A stretch of 64,000 nt of DNA from Mustelus asterias (taxonomy: Eukaryota): contig NW_027590427.1 in the NCBI RefSeq assembly GCF_964213995.1, positions 124,001 through 188,000 of the forward strand, read 5' to 3'. The first letter of the stretch is position 1. Every line of letters starts with the position of its first letter. Under the pieces are notes generated by a model. It saw only the letters and a list, made by a program, of their open reading frames with translations, was not told the origin of the DNA and searched no databases. A program made the position numbers and the translations under genes. Shown here piece after piece: positions 49,872 to 64,000 of this stretch.

Positions 49872-52800
49872 TTGTAAAAATATCTAAAATCCTATGAAAA
49901 TAAAACTCCACGCACTCCGGACATACTCTCTCACCTTATTACATCGGGAACAAGATACAAAAGTCTGAGGACACGTATAAACCGAATGAAATACAATTTA
50001 TTTCCTGCTGCTATCAGACGTTTGAATGCACCTCTGTCGCATTAAGTTCATTTTTCTCTACACAACAGCTATGACTGCAAAATTACATTATTCACTCTCT
50101 CCCTTCCTTCCCTATATACGTTATGCTCTGACTGTATAGTGAGCAAGAAACTATAATTTGCACTGTGTACTAATATATGCGATAATAATAAGTCAAATGA
50201 AATCAAATAAAATATATCAAAAACACCAAGGACTATTCCCGGTGAATTGATTGCGGACAATGGAACATTCCAGAGACAGACTAACACCGAGGGAGTGACA
50301 GTGAAATCCATTGTCATGTCTCTGCTCGTCCAAGAGGTGAAATTGCATTTGAGCATCTGTTAGAGAAAATAAACAATTTCATTCTAAATTAAGTGCCTTT
50401 ATTTCTGCACCCCTTCACAAGGGAATGGACATAAACAGATGACATTACATTATCAGGGTAAAGACGTCAGTCTGATTTACAATAATTCTGTGTCTCTGAC
50501 ACATTAAAACGAAATATAATTCATTAGAAGAATTAATATCGATTTATGTAACTTAATGCTGGGATGATTGTGTTTCAGGTGTGGATAGCTATCACTGTAA
50601 TTTGGGACTGGATATAAGAAGTAGGGAAGCAGTGGCCGAGCGTTATTATCGCTAGACAATTAATCCACAAACTCAACTAATGTTCTCAGGACCCGGCTTC
50701 GAATCCCACCATGGCAGATGGTGGAATTCAAATTCAGTAAAAACGTCCGGAATTAAGAATCTACTTATGACCATGATATCATTGTCGATTGTGTAAAAAT
50801 CTATCTGGTTCATTAATGTCCTTTCGAGCAGGAAATATGCCGTCCTTAACTCATCGAGCCGACATGTGATTGCAGAGCCACAGCAATGTGTTTAGCTCTC
50901 AACTGCCCTCGACAATGGATGGGCAATAAATGCTGATCAGCCAGCGGCACCCATGTCCATAGAATCCCTGCAGTGCAGAAGGAGCATGTCGGGCCCGCAC
51001 CGACAACGCTCTTCCCCAGGCCCTATTTCCATCCCTGCTAATTCACTTGATTCTATGGGACAATTCATCATCGCCAAACAACCTAATCGGCATATCTTTG
51101 GACAATGGGAGTAAACAGGCAGACAATTGGAGAATGTGCAGACTACACACAGACAGTGACCCATTCCGGGAATTGAACCACGGTCCATGATGCTGTGAAG
51201 CAGCAATGGTAACCACTATGCCACCGTGCCGCCCACGAATAAATTAACAAAATAAACTCCTTATCTGATACAATGTTACACCTTATATTTCCCCAACAGC
51301 TCCTTAACCCTGTGAAAATTAACGGTGAAAGGAAACTTCTTGACTTACAATTAAGCATTGAGTTGACAGAGAAACATAAAATTGACATTGACTTTTGACA
51401 AAGAAGCTAATGAATTAGAACGGACACGGCAATCAGGAAAGTTCTCCTTCAGCATCCAAATCATGACAGTTCATTTTATTGGCCAGCAGCTGGTATTGGG
51501 AACACAGGACATCAGGACTTTGCGGCATAATGCACAATATCACAAGAATAAATATTTTATCTTTCACTGAACCAGGTTATGAACTGGTCATTTCTTCACT
51601 CATTGGCAGTTATGAGAGGGACTGTTAAATAATCGAAACCAGATTATGCTGGACAACAGAACACGTTGTACATCAGGTATAAGTTTTTAATGAGGAGCAG
51701 AACATTGAGAATTTTCCAGAAATCCCCGCTGTTCAAGGTAGATATATGATTTTCTTTTACTTTTAATTATTTTCATTTTTGTGCCTTTACACTGACCTCT
51801 TTGGACTGAGGGATTGGGGACATCAACATATTTTTCCTGCACTTCATGAAGTTGTTCATAAAGAGGCTTTAATTGTTGGAAGGACATTTCTTTGGAAGCT
51901 ATACAAATGAAATAGCATCAAGTCAATTGGCTCGTTTCCGATACTTTTTAATCACATAATGAAAAGTGCATTCATTTAAAATATTGGCTTAGAAGAAAAA
52001 CCATTTAAAATGTGCCTTCCTTTTGGGAATAAAACATTTATTGTATAACTGACGAAGTCCCATGTTATCCTTACAGATTCACGTTAATCTGTCCTACGCA
52101 GTATTTGGCAACTGTCCAGGCTGCTGCCAAATACCCAAAAATATTTACAGGAAGCATCTGAGGGTGTTTGTTCAGTAAATCAAAAACCTGTTTCCTCAGT
52201 ACTGAACACTTGGCTGCAAGCCAACTTCAAACTCTCAGCATTGTCAATGGGGCCTATTTATAAACAAATCTACCCAGCAACAGTACTGGAGGCAATTTAA
52301 TTATTTTTAAGTTGCAAACATCTATGAATGTTTCCCATTTCTTCGGAAAAGAAAGTATTCAGCTTCTCCGGCACCTTGTTAGCAACAATGATGATCTCTC
52401 CAACACAACAAAACATTGATGGATGGATATAAAAACAAATACCGGCAGATTATGAGATTGATTCAGAGAGGTGATATATTTTATACGAGATAAACATGTA
52501 TGCTTGTGTTTTCTTTCACTTCATTCTTCCATGGGACGTGAGAATCTCTGGAAAGGCCAACATTTATTCCCTTTGCCTAATTTCTCTTGAACTGAGTGGT
52601 ATGCTAGGGCATCTCAGAAGGCATTGCCCAGTTAGTTATATTGTGTCCGTCTGCAGTCACATCCTGATGAGACCAGGTAGGGATGGCAGATTTCCTTCAC
52701 TGGGGAATCAGAGAGGTTTATCTGGTCGCTGTCAGTATGTATTCCAGATTTATTGATTGAATTCAAATTCCACCAGCTGCCAGAGCCGGATTTAATCTCG

Positions 52801-53065
52801 TGTCTCCACATCATTGGCCTGGGCTTCTGGATTACTGGTACACTGGCATTAATATTACGCCACCATCTACCCAACAATAAAGGAATACTTGCGTTAATGC
52901 AGGGATGAACGATAGTTGGATGCCTGAATGTTTTGCTTGAGAAATCAGAGAGTGGACGGATGGATGGGACGCTAGCTGGTCCAAAAATTTGCTGTTCTAC
53001 ATTCGCATATTTGTGATTTACTACTTCAAAAATCGAAGCAGGTCCTTTATTCCAAGTGTGTTAGT

Positions 53066-55272
53066 ATATAAGACCATAAGTCCATAAGGCATAAGAAATA
53101 GGAGCAGAATGAGGCCACTCGGTCCATCGAGTCTGCTCCCGCCATTCAATGATGGCTGATATTTTTCTCATCTATATTCTCTTGCCTTTTCCCCATAACC
53201 ACTGATCCTCTTATTAATCACGAACCCATCTATCTCTGAATTAAAAACACCCAATGACCTGGCCTCCAACCTTCTACGGCAAGAGATCCACAGATCCACC
53301 ACACTCTGGCCGAAGAAATTCCTCCTCAGCTCTGTTTTAAACGATCGTCCCTTTAGTCTGAGGTTGTGCCCTCTGGTTCTAGTTGTTCCTACGAGTGGAA
53401 ACATCCTCTCCACGCCCACTCTATCCAGGCCTCGCAGTATCCTGAAAGATTCAATAAGATCTCCCCTCATCTTTCAAAACTCCAACGAGTACAGATCCAG
53501 AGGACTCAACCGTTCCTCATACAGCAAGCTCTTCATTCCAGGAATCATTCTTGTGAAACTCCACTGGACCCTTTCCATGGCCAGCACATCCTTCCGAAGA
53601 TATGGGGCCCAAAACTGCTCACAATACTCCAATTGGGTCTGACCAGAGCCTTGTACAGCCTCAGAAGTATATCCCCTGCTCTTGCATTCTAGCCCTCTCG
53701 ACATGAATGCTAACATTGCATTTGCCTTCCTGAACCTGCACTTTAACCTTAAGAGAATCTTGAACAATGACTCCCAAGTCCCTTCGTATTTTTGATTTCC
53801 TCAGCATTTTCCCATTTAGAAAATAGTCTATGCCTCCATTCCTCCTTCCAAGAGCATAACCTCACATTTTTCCAAATTGTATTCCAGCTGCCACATCTTT
53901 GCCGACTCTGCTAACCTGTCCAAGCCCTTCTGCAGCCCCCCTGCTTCCTCAATACTACCTGTCCCTCTACATATCTTTGTATCATCTGCAACCTTAGCAA
54001 CAGTGCCTTCAGTTCCTTCCTCCAAATCGTTAATGCATACTGTGAAAAGTTGTGGTCCCAGCACTGACCCCTGAGGCACACCACTAGTCACCGGCTGCCA
54101 TCCTGAGAAAGACCCCTTTATTCCCACTCTCTGCCTTCTGCTAATCAACCAATCCTCTATCCATGAAAGGATCTTACCCTTAACACCATGTGCACTTAAC
54201 TTATTTAACAGTCTCTTTTTCGGCACCTTGTCAAAGGCCTTCTGGAAATCTAAATAAATCATGTCCACTGGCTCTCATTTATCTAACTTCCTTGCTACCT
54301 CCTCAAATAACTCTAACAGATTTGTCAGATATTACCTCCCCTTCAGAAAACTGTGCTGACTCAGTCCTTCTTTATCATGCACTTCCATGCACTCTGCGAT
54401 CTCATCTTTAATAATGGAATTTAAAGTCTTGCCAATGAACGAAGCCAGGCTAACCGGCCTATAATTTCTCGTCTGCTGCCTCCCTCCCATCTTAAACAGT
54501 GGTGTTGCATTCGCTACTTTCCAGTCCTCTGGTACATTCCCTGCCTCCAGTGATTTCTGAAAGACCACCACCAATGCCGCCACAATTTCCTCAGTTATCT
54601 CTTTTAGAAACCTGCGGTGTAGTCCTTCCGGTCCAGGTGATTTATCCACCTTCAGACCTTTCAATTTCCCCAGAACCTTCTCCTTAGTGATGGCCACTGC
54701 AGTTACCTGTGCCCCCGGACTCTCTTGGAGCTCTGGCATTCCACTGGTGTTTTCCACCGTGAAGACTGATGCAAAGTAACTATTCAGGTCCTCTGCCATT
54801 GCTTTGTTTCCTATTATTAGTTCTCCAGTCTAATTTTCCAGTGGTCCAATGTCAATGTTTGCGTCTTTCTTACCTTTTTTTATATTGAAAAGAACTCTCC
54901 CTGTCTTATTTGATATTACATAGAAACATAGAAACCCTACAGTGCAGAAGGAGGCCATTCGGCCCATCGAGTCTGCACCGACCACAATCCCACCCAGGCC
55001 CTACCCCCACACATTTTACCCGCTAATCCCTCTAACCTACACATCCCAGGACTCTAAGGGACAATTTTTAACCTGGCCAATCAACCTAAGCCGCACATCT
55101 TTGGACTACTAGCTAGCTTACACTCATATTTCATCTTCTCCCCCCTTATTGCTTTTTTAGTTGTCCTCTGCTCGCTTTTAAAGACGTCCCAATCCTCTGG
55201 CTTCCCACTAATCTTTGCCGCTTTGTGTGCTTTAACTTTTGCTTTAATGCTGTGCTTGACCTTTATGCTGTG
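53066..55272 (-). mobile_element. Frameshifted CR1 ORF2 fragment (~2.2 kb) with a nested SINE half at ~54918-55108
   Basis: Successive ORFs 54332-54799, 53828-54268, 53474-53767 and 53168-53470 carry NYRPVSL, DFQKAFDKVP and SGVPQGSVLGP; empty site at ~38150. Confidence 0.9.
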
Positions 55273-55380
55273 CGACAACCTTTAGTCCTTCCAGATTTTC
55301 TCGGTGAATCCAATCCCCGAGATATCGGGAACAAATGAACTAAGAGCAGTCTGACTTTTTTTCCATCTGCTGATGGTGAC

Positions 55381-55957
55381 TCGAGTCATAGAGTCATAAA
55401 GGTTGAGAGCATGGACACAAGCATTTCGGCCCTACTTGTCCATACCGCCCTTTTTATTAACCGTTAAGCTTGTCCCAATTTCCCGCGTTTGACCCATAAC
55501 GCTCTGTACCCATCCTACCCATGTAACTGTCTAAACCCTTTTTAAAAGACAAAATTGTACCCGCCTCTACCACTACCTCTGGCAGCCTGTTCCAGACACT
55601 TGCCACACTCTGTGTGAAACAATATCCCCTCTGAACCATTTTGTATCTCTCCACTCTCATCTTAAACCTATGCCCTCTCGTTTTAGACTCCTCCAGCATT
55701 GGGAAAATATATTGAATATCGAGCTGATCTATGCACCTCATTATTTTATAGACTTCTATAAGATCCCCCCAAGCCTCCTACGCTCCGGAGAAAAATTCCC
55801 AGTCTATCCAGCCTCTCCCTACAATTCAAACCACCAAGGTCTCGTAGCGTTCTAGTAAAACTTTTCTGCATTCTTTCTAGTTTAATAATATCCGTTCGAT
55901 AATCGGGTGACCAGAACTGTACACAGCATTCCAAGTGTAGCCTCACCGATGTCTTCA
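55381..55957 (-). mobile_element. CR1 3' fragment of another subfamily
   Basis: VRLHLECCVQFWSP and KTRGHRFK motifs; empty site at ~38268. Confidence 0.8.
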
Positions 55958-58900
55958 AAATCTTCAAATCCAAGATGGAAAGAGGGATTAGGTTGAGGGG
56001 GGAGGATTGTAATATTTGGAACATATGGCCCTTTCTAGTGCAACAAATCACTCAACATATCATCACCTAAATTAGTGAAGGTAACAGGCTAAAAAAATAA
56101 TGAGGCAATTGAAATGTTGTGAAACTCACTGGACAGATCCAAGTGGTAAATGACTTTCCAGTAGTGTGTAAGTGTGCAAGGGCGGCACGGTGTCATATTG
56201 GTTAGCCCTGCTGCCTCACAACGCCAGGGACCCGGGTTCAATTCCGTCCTCAGGTCACTGTCTTTGTGGAGTTTGCAGTTTCTCTCCGTGTCTGTGTGGA
56301 TTTCCTCCGGGTACTCTAGTTTCCTCCTGCAGTCCGAACATGTGCAGTTCAGGTTGATTGGCCATGCTGAATTAACCCTTGTGTCAGGGGCATTAGTGGG
56401 GTTAATATGAGGGTTCACGGGAACAGGGCCTGGGTAGGATTGAGGTCGCTCCAGACACGATGGGCTCAAAGGTCTCACTCTGCACTGTAGATTCTTTGTT
56501 CCATGAATAATTAATCTGGATCTTAAGATTCTATACCGTCACATTAGACATTTTACATTATATATAACATTAGATACAGGTCCTTTCAGTTATACAGTCA
56601 CTTTCAAAATGGTTACACACTCCAGTTATATATCAGGGGTTTATGTGTGATGATGAGGTGATTACGTGTCAATAAAGCGCAGAGGCTGCTGGGTAGCTGC
56701 TCATTATCCTCGGTCTGATTTAATTCAACTTCCCAGTTATTTCTGGGACAGATTTGATTCTTTGGTGACAGAAAGGCCAAAGTGACCTCAATAAATTTGA
56801 ATCTCAATAAACTACAATAAATGAACTGCAATTATATTTGTACCAAATAAAATGCTGAAAATAATTTGTGAAATATTTATTTGTTCTTGTGATTTGCAGA
56901 TTATTAGTAATATTAGCGCCAGGAAATGACCATCTCCAAAAAGAGAGAATCTACCCATTGCTCCTTGTCATTCAATGATATTACGATACTGCATCATCCA
57001 CTATAAACATCGTCGGGGTTACCATTGGCTAATCGCTGAATTAACTAGATATATAAATGCTCCGGCTGGAATATCAGGTCCGCTTGCTGTGAGTAACTCA
57101 CCTTCTGACTTCCCAACCCTGTCCACCACCTACAAAAAAACAACTCAGGAGTGTAATAGAGTTCTTTCCACTTGCTTAAATGCGTGCAGCTCAAACAACA
57201 TTCAAGAAGCTTTATAGCATTCAGGAAAACGCAGGCGGCTTGACCAGCATAGCATTTGCAAATGCTCACGCCCTCCACCACCGACAAACAACAGCAGCAT
57301 TACACACCATCTACGGTTTCCTCCGGGTGCTCCCGTTTCCTCCCACAGTCCAAAGATGTGCGGGTTAAGTTGATTGGCCATGCTAAAAATTGCCCTTAGT
57401 GTCCCGGGATGCGTAGGTTAGAGGGATTAGTGGGTAAATATGTAGGGATATGGGGGTAGGGCCTGGGTGGGATTGTGGTCGGTGCAGACTCGATGGGCCG
57501 AATGGCCTCTTTCTGTGCTGTCGGGTTTCTAAGTTTCTAAGTTTCTAAGTATCTACAAGTTTCACTTCAGGAACTCACCAAGACTCCTTAGGCAACACCT
57601 TCCAACCACAGGACTGTTACCATTTGGAAGGACAGGGGTAAGAGTTACCTGGGAATATCACCTGTAAATTCCACTCCAAGTCAGTCATATAACTGACTTG
57701 GAAAAATATCGCCCTTCCTTCACTGTCGCTCGATTGAAATCCTGGAACACCCTCTGTAACAGCACTGTGTGAGTACATACGCCACAGGCTTCGCAGCAAT
57801 TCACGAGGGTAGCTCACCACCAGCTTACTAAGGGCAATTAGAGATAGGCAGCAAATGTTGACCTAGCCAGCAACGATCACATCACTTAAATTAAAACGTA
57901 AATATATTAATGTCTATGAATGGTTGATAACTGGTGAACAAAATTATGCAACTTTGTGAATGGATGGCAATTGGTGAAAATAAATACCAATTTTGTGAAC
58001 ATTTATGATCTTCTCTTTCTGAATGGAAGATAGGATGCGCTCCACAGGAGATGCATGATTCAAAAGCACAACACTACCGGGGAAAAAAGCCGCCAGAGGA
58101 CACTGCAACAACTATAGATATATGTACATCATTGCCAGTGACACATCTGAAAACATTCATCTGTTTGAAGATCCGGATTATCCTGAAGCACAATGTTGTG
58201 TTTTTAATGGAAGATTGACTCTGGAAAATATCTGCTTTATATGCCCTATGTACTTATCTTTACCTTCGTCAATCTCATCAAGACATTCAACACCGGTAGC
58301 AGAGCAGGGACTACCATATTTGGGAAAAAGTCGCTCTCCATCAAAACTCCTCAGTCTCATTCATGACACAGAAAACGACAACATAAAACCACAATTGGTA
58401 GCTTCATGGGCAGCACTTGTAACAGAGCCAACCTCTCAAACATTGTCCTTCTCAGTCACCAACAAAGGTGACATTTGAAAAAGAAACCATTCTGAAATTG
58501 ATGTGTTTACTCTGCGTCTATTTTTTTTATTTTAAATGGAAGGACGCCGGTTATCATTGTGAAATTGATTTGTAAACAATATGACGTTTTTCAGAAAACG
58601 CACACACTCACACGGACACACACACATATTTTCCTTCAACTTAAGACTCCATCTTTGCTTCTTGGGGGGCTTAAGAGACAATTACCCCAACTATCTTTCA
58701 GATGGAATGAAGAACAAATACATTTTCCCCAGCACCATGTTTGCTGAGCTGAACATTAAAGGCCCCATTGTCTCCAACAGCGCCCTGGTCAGCATTCCTC
58801 CTTCTAACCAAAATGAACAAATATACATTACCGTGGATTGAGGCATTATGCTCTGATGCTGACCTGGCATCATAGGAACAGAGGAGCAGAATTTCCCCTC

Positions 58901-59124
58901 CAAGCCACTCACCATCCTGACTTGGAAATATATCGCCGTTCCTTCACAATCGCTCAGTCAAAATCCTTAAATTTCCTCCCTAACGGCATTGTGGGTCGAC
59001 CCACAGAAAATGTACTGCAGCGATTCAAGAAGGCAAATCACCATAACCTTCTCAAGGGCAACTAGGTATGGGGAATGAATGTTGACCAGCCAGCGAAGCC
59101 CATGTCCCAAGCATGAATAAAAAA

Positions 59125-59860
59125 AGCAGACGCAGGCCATTCAGCTTCTCGAACTCGCCCCCCATTCATAAGATCATCGCTGATCTGTGGCCAAACCCCA
59201 TGTACCTGCCCTTGGCCCATATCCCTTGATACCCCTGTTCAATAAAAAAATCGATCTCAGAGATAAATCTAACAATTGAACTAGCACCCACTGGCCTTTG
59301 CGGAAGAGAGTTCCAAAAGTCCACCACTCTCTGTGTGTAGAAATACTTTCCATCAACTCTCCTGAACGGCTTGACCCTGTTTTTTTAAAATTGTGGCCCT
59401 TTATTCCAGAGCCTTCAACTTATTGATCCGCCCGATCCTACCCGTAAATATTTTGTAGATTTTTGTCAGAACACCCCTCAACCTTCTGAATTCGAGAGGA
59501 AAAGTCCCAATTTGTCTAATTTCTCCTCGCAACTTAACCCCTAAAGGCCAGGTCTAATTCTTGTGAACGTGCGTTCAACTCCCTCCAGGACCAAAATCTT
59601 TGCAAAGGTGTGGTGCCCAAACCTGTGCACAGTACTCCAGGTGGGCTCTAACCAGGATTTTGCATAATTGCAGCATAACATCTGCATCCCTATACTCCAG
59701 TCCTTTAGATACAAAGGCCAGAATTCCGTTGACCTGCTTGACTATTTTCTGCATCAGTTCGTGGCATTTTAAGAAGCTATTCATTTGAACACCCAAATCT
59801 CGCTGGGCATCCACTAAATTTTACTTTCTGCCTTCTAAAAACTACCTTTATCTATTATTT
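59125..59860 (-). mobile_element. Old CR1 3' fragment
   Basis: RDLGVQ...LVRAHLEYCAQVWAP. Confidence 0.75.
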
Positions 59861-60424
59861 GGATTATTTGACTTTTTGTGGCATTATATAAGCCGTTATG
59901 AATATTGTAAATAATTGAGACCTCAAGACAGATTCCTGCGGGACACAACTTAACCTGTATTATTCAGCAACGTTCATCTCTTCTATAATTCGTTGCACCT
60001 TAAATTTGGGCACTTTCCGCAGAAGGGGATGTGGTCTTACATTTATGAATGTGAATTATTTGTATATTACTATCATAAATCATACCTGACAGCGATATAT
60101 TTACAGTAACTGTAATTGCAGAATTTTGCCAGCAGATGGAATTGGCATCTTGATGGTTTACATTACATGAAGAAGGCACTGCCTCAAGAAAGACTACACT
60201 GGACCCTAACTTTGCAGTTCTGCCACATGCAGTCCTGAATGGTGATTGACATTTAAACAAATAACCGCAGCAGGAGCCTCAAACGAAACCCCCATTCTTG
60301 AAAGGGAAAAGAAACAAGACTGAAACAATTGCTACTATGTTCAGGCAGAAGATGTTCCATCTCTGCCTTCCCCTGATGCCCCGAACATCACAGATGCCAG
60401 TCTCCAAGGAGGTCAATTCATTCA

Positions 60425-60712
60425 ACATGCTACGAGAGGTCACAGGTTTAAGGTGCTGGGGGGTAGGTACAGGGGAAATGTTAGGGATAAGTTTTTCACA
60501 CAGAGGGCGGTGGGCGATTGGAATCGGCTGCCGTCAGTGGTGGTGGAGGCAAACTCAATAGGGTCTTTTAAGAGACTCCTGGACTCCTGTACATGGGACT
60601 TAATAGGATGGAGGGTTACAAGTAGGCCTAAAAGGTAGGGATATGTTCGGTACAACTTGTGGGGCCGAAGGGCCTGTTTTGTGCTGTAGTTTTCTATATT
60701 TCTATGTTTCTA
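60425..60712 (+). mobile_element. 3' fragment of the same CR1 subfamily
   Basis: Reverse complement of ~335-610; ends in the TTTCTATG tail. Confidence 0.85.
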
Positions 60713-62440
60713 TAACATTGAGGATAGGAACAGGAGTAGACCATTCAGCCCCTGGAGCCCGCTCCGCCATGCAATATGATCATGATTGATCTGTGGCCTA
60801 ACCCTGTGCTGAAAGCATTGGATACTGCAAAGATTATGGATCCTGACAATATTTCAGCAGTAATAATAACGGTTTGTGCTCTGGAGCTAGCTGAGCCTCA
60901 GCCAATCTATTCAAGTATAGCTACATCACGGTCACATACACAACAGTGTGAAAATTGGCAGACGTGACCTGTTTCTGAAGGCAGGACAAACCCAACCCGA
61001 CCAATTACCGCCCAATGCGTCCTCACTCGATCAACGTAATGGTAAGTATGAAGGATCATCTAAAAAAGTAATAATAATATAATAATATCAACACTGCTAC
61101 AACTACAAATAATAGTAATCTGCTCAATGATGCTCTGTTTGGGTCCCACTCGGAGCACTCAGTTCCAGAAATCATTTAAGCTAAGTCCAAATCTAATGGA
61201 AATAGCTGCTTTAATGAGGTGAGGTGAGAGTGCCTGCCCTCGGCATCAACGCAGCACTTGACCGATTGTGGCATCAATAAGCCCGAGCAAAGCTGCAGTC
61301 AATGGGGATCCGGGGGAAAACAAAACATTCCACTGGCTTCAGTCATACCGAGCACAGAGTAAGATGGTTGTGGCTGTTGAAAGCCAATCATCTCAGTCAC
61401 AGGGCATTTGCTGAAGGAACTCCTCAGGATAGTGCCCTCGGCCTAATATTCACGCTTCAATACAAGCTCAGAAGTGGGATGTTCACTGATGATTGCACGA
61501 TGTTCAGCACATTTACAACATCTCAGATACTGAGGCAGTCCGTGTCCGTAAGCAAAAAGACTTAGAAAACATTCAGGCTTTGGCTGTGAAGTGGCATGTG
61601 ACATTCACGCCACCGAGGTGACAGGCAATGACCCTTTCAAGTAAGAGAGATTGCAATCATCTCCGCTTGCCATTCATTGAATGACTACAGCTGAAACCCC
61701 ACTATCATCATTCTGGGAATTGCCATTGATGGAAAGTTGAACTGGGACAGCCATGTCAGTAATATTGCTACAAAAACAGGTCAGAGGCTGGGAATTGTGC
61801 GTGGAGTAACTCACCTCCTGACTTCCCAAACCCTATCCATCATATAAAGGCAAAAGTCAGGATTGTGATTGAATATTCTCCATTTACCTGGCGTGTGGTA
61901 TTGAAGCAACACCCAAAATGCTCGAAACCACCCAGCAAAAAGCAGGCGGCTGGATGGACACCCCACCAACAACTTTAAACATTCACTCTCTGCATCACAG
62001 ATGTACAACTCTAGCCGTGTGAACCATATACAACTTGTATAGCAGCAACATAATCCTTTGGTAGCAACTTCCAAACACATGGCAAGGGCAGCAGATGCAG
62101 GAGAATACAATTGCCTGAAAATGCTCATGAAACCTCCACACCGTCTTGACTGGGATCTATATCACTATTTTTTCAGTGTCAGTGGATGAAAATCTTGCAA
62201 CTCCCTTCCCATCAGCACTGTATGTGTACTTGCTCATAGAGAATGCAATGATTTAAGAAGAGGGCTCACTGGCACATTCTCAAAGGAAAAATTAGAAGGG
62301 GCAACAAATCCTACGTTACCAGTGACAGCAAAACCTCATTAAATGATTTTGAACAGGTCATATATCTTATTACGTTCAACTAGCCCCCACGTCTGTTTGT
62401 ATTGCAACAGGCCATGTCCCAGCCACATTACAGCATGTCC

Positions 62441-63615
62441 TAGAACATAGAAGATAGAAAAACAACAGCACAGACAGGCCCTTCGGCCCACAAGTTGTGC
62501 CGAACACGTCCCTACCTTCTAGACCTACCTATGACCCTCCATCCTATTAAGCTCCATGTACTCATCCAGGAGTCTCTTAAAAGACCCTATTGAGTTCGCC
62601 TCCACCACCACTGACGGCAGCCGTTTTCACTCGCCCACCACCCTCTGTGTGAAAAACTTACCCCTAACATCTCCCCTGTACCTATCCCCCAGCACCTTAA
62701 ACCTGTGTCCTCTCGTAGCAGACATTTCCACCCTGGGAAAAAGCCTCTGAGAGTCCACCCGATCTATGCCTCTCAACATCTTATACACCTCTATTCGGTC
62801 TGCTCTCATCCTTCGTCTCTCCAAGGAGAAAAGACCGAGCTCCCTCAGCCTATCCTCATAAGGCATGCCACTCAATCCAGGCAACATCCTTGTAAATCTC
62901 CTCTGCACCCTTTCAATCTTTTCCACATCCTTCCTATAGTGAGGCGACCAGAACTGAGCACAGTATTCCAAGTGGGGTCTGATGAGGGTCTTATATAGCT
63001 GCATCATTATCCCCGGACTCCTAAACTCAATTCCTTGATTGATAAAGGCCAGCACACCATACGCCTTCTTAACCACCTCCTCCACCAGCGGGGCCGATTT
63101 TAGAGTCCTATGGACCCGGACCCCAAGGTCCTTCTGATCCTCTGCCGTACTAAGAGTCTTTCCCTTTATAATGTACTCCTTCATCCCATTTGACCTATCA
63201 AAATGGACCACGACGCATTTATCTGGGTTGAAGTCCATCTGCCACTTGTCCGCCCAGTCTTGCATCCTATCTATGTCCCTCTGTAACTTCTGGCATCCCT
63301 CCAGACTATCCACATCCCCACCAACCTTTGCGTCGTCGGCAAACTGACCAACCCATCCCTCCGCTTCCTCATCTGTGTCATTTCTGAAAATTACAAACAG
63401 CAAGGGTCCCAGAACAGATCCCTGGGGCACACCACTGGTGACCAACCTCCAATTAGAAAAAGACCCATCTATGCACACTATCTGCCTCCTTTGGGCAAGC
63501 CAGTTCTGGATCCACCGGGCAGCAGCCCCTTGGATCCCATGCCATCTCCCTTTTTCTAGAAGCCTTGCATGGGGGACCTTATCGAATGCCTTGCTAAAAT
63601 CCATATAAACCATAT
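62441..63615 (-). mobile_element. 5'-truncated CR1-clade LINE, same subfamily as 335-1543
   Basis: ORF 62627-63622 nearly identical in protein sequence; possible ATGTCCT target duplication. Confidence 0.93.
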
Positions 63616-64000
63616 AATCCATATGTCCTGTCTCTGTTAGTTCTCTACTCGGCTCATTATCAGTTGTTCATAAGTGAAGTCAAAGCCTGTTTACACGATG
63701 GTTTCTGAATTATGACTGTGCTGAAATATGTTTCAGTTAATCTGGGCGGCACGGTGGCACAGTGCCAGGGACCCGGGTTCAATTCCCAACATGGGTGACT
63801 GTCTGTGTGGAGTCGGCACGTTTTCCTTATGTCTGCGTGAGTTTTCTCCGGGTGCTCCGGTTTCCACTCACCGTCCGAAAGAGGTGCTGGTTTGGTGCAT
63901 TTTGGCCATGCTAAATTCTCCCTCGGTGTACTCAAACAGGCACGGGAGTGTGACCACTCGGAGTTCTTCACAGTAACTTCATTGCAGTGTGAATGAAAGC

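Larger units (their letters stand above)
41125..58440. repeat. Segmental duplication copy 2 (longer because of private retroelement insertions)
   Basis: Same order of unique sequence and old repeats as 26835-40980; roughly 80-90% identity by eye. Confidence 0.88.

Overview
Vertebrate, not prokaryotic, DNA. The minus strand carries one complete, unrearranged immunoglobulin heavy-chain IgM minilocus of the cartilaginous-fish (shark) cluster type. Order: leader (24703-24748), VH (24274-24578, 23-RSS), D1 (12/22 RSS), D2 (12/12 RSS), JH (23-RSS), a 10.9 kb intron, Cmu1-Cmu4 with secretory tailpiece, TM1 and TM2. All exons splice in frame with canonical GT-AG sites and I see no inactivating lesion. 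The 5' flank (25-58.5 kb) is a segmental duplication (~26.8-41.0 kb repeated at ~41.1-58.4 kb). Each copy carries an orphan VH pseudogene with no leader, RSS, D, J or C. The rest is CR1-type LINE fragments, tRNA-headed SINEs, Penelope-like terminal repeats, older RT remnants, simple repeats and one assembly gap (16340-16545). The least-explained signals are a minimal hammerhead-ribozyme motif on the sense strand between the secretory polyA site and the TM exons, G-skewed switch-like arrays just 5' of Cmu1, CTCF-like motifs bracketing V-D-D-J and the 3' end of the cluster, and near-identical co-oriented LINEs bracketing the whole cluster. Repeat boundaries and identities are estimated by eye; Ig exon and RSS coordinates were read base by base.
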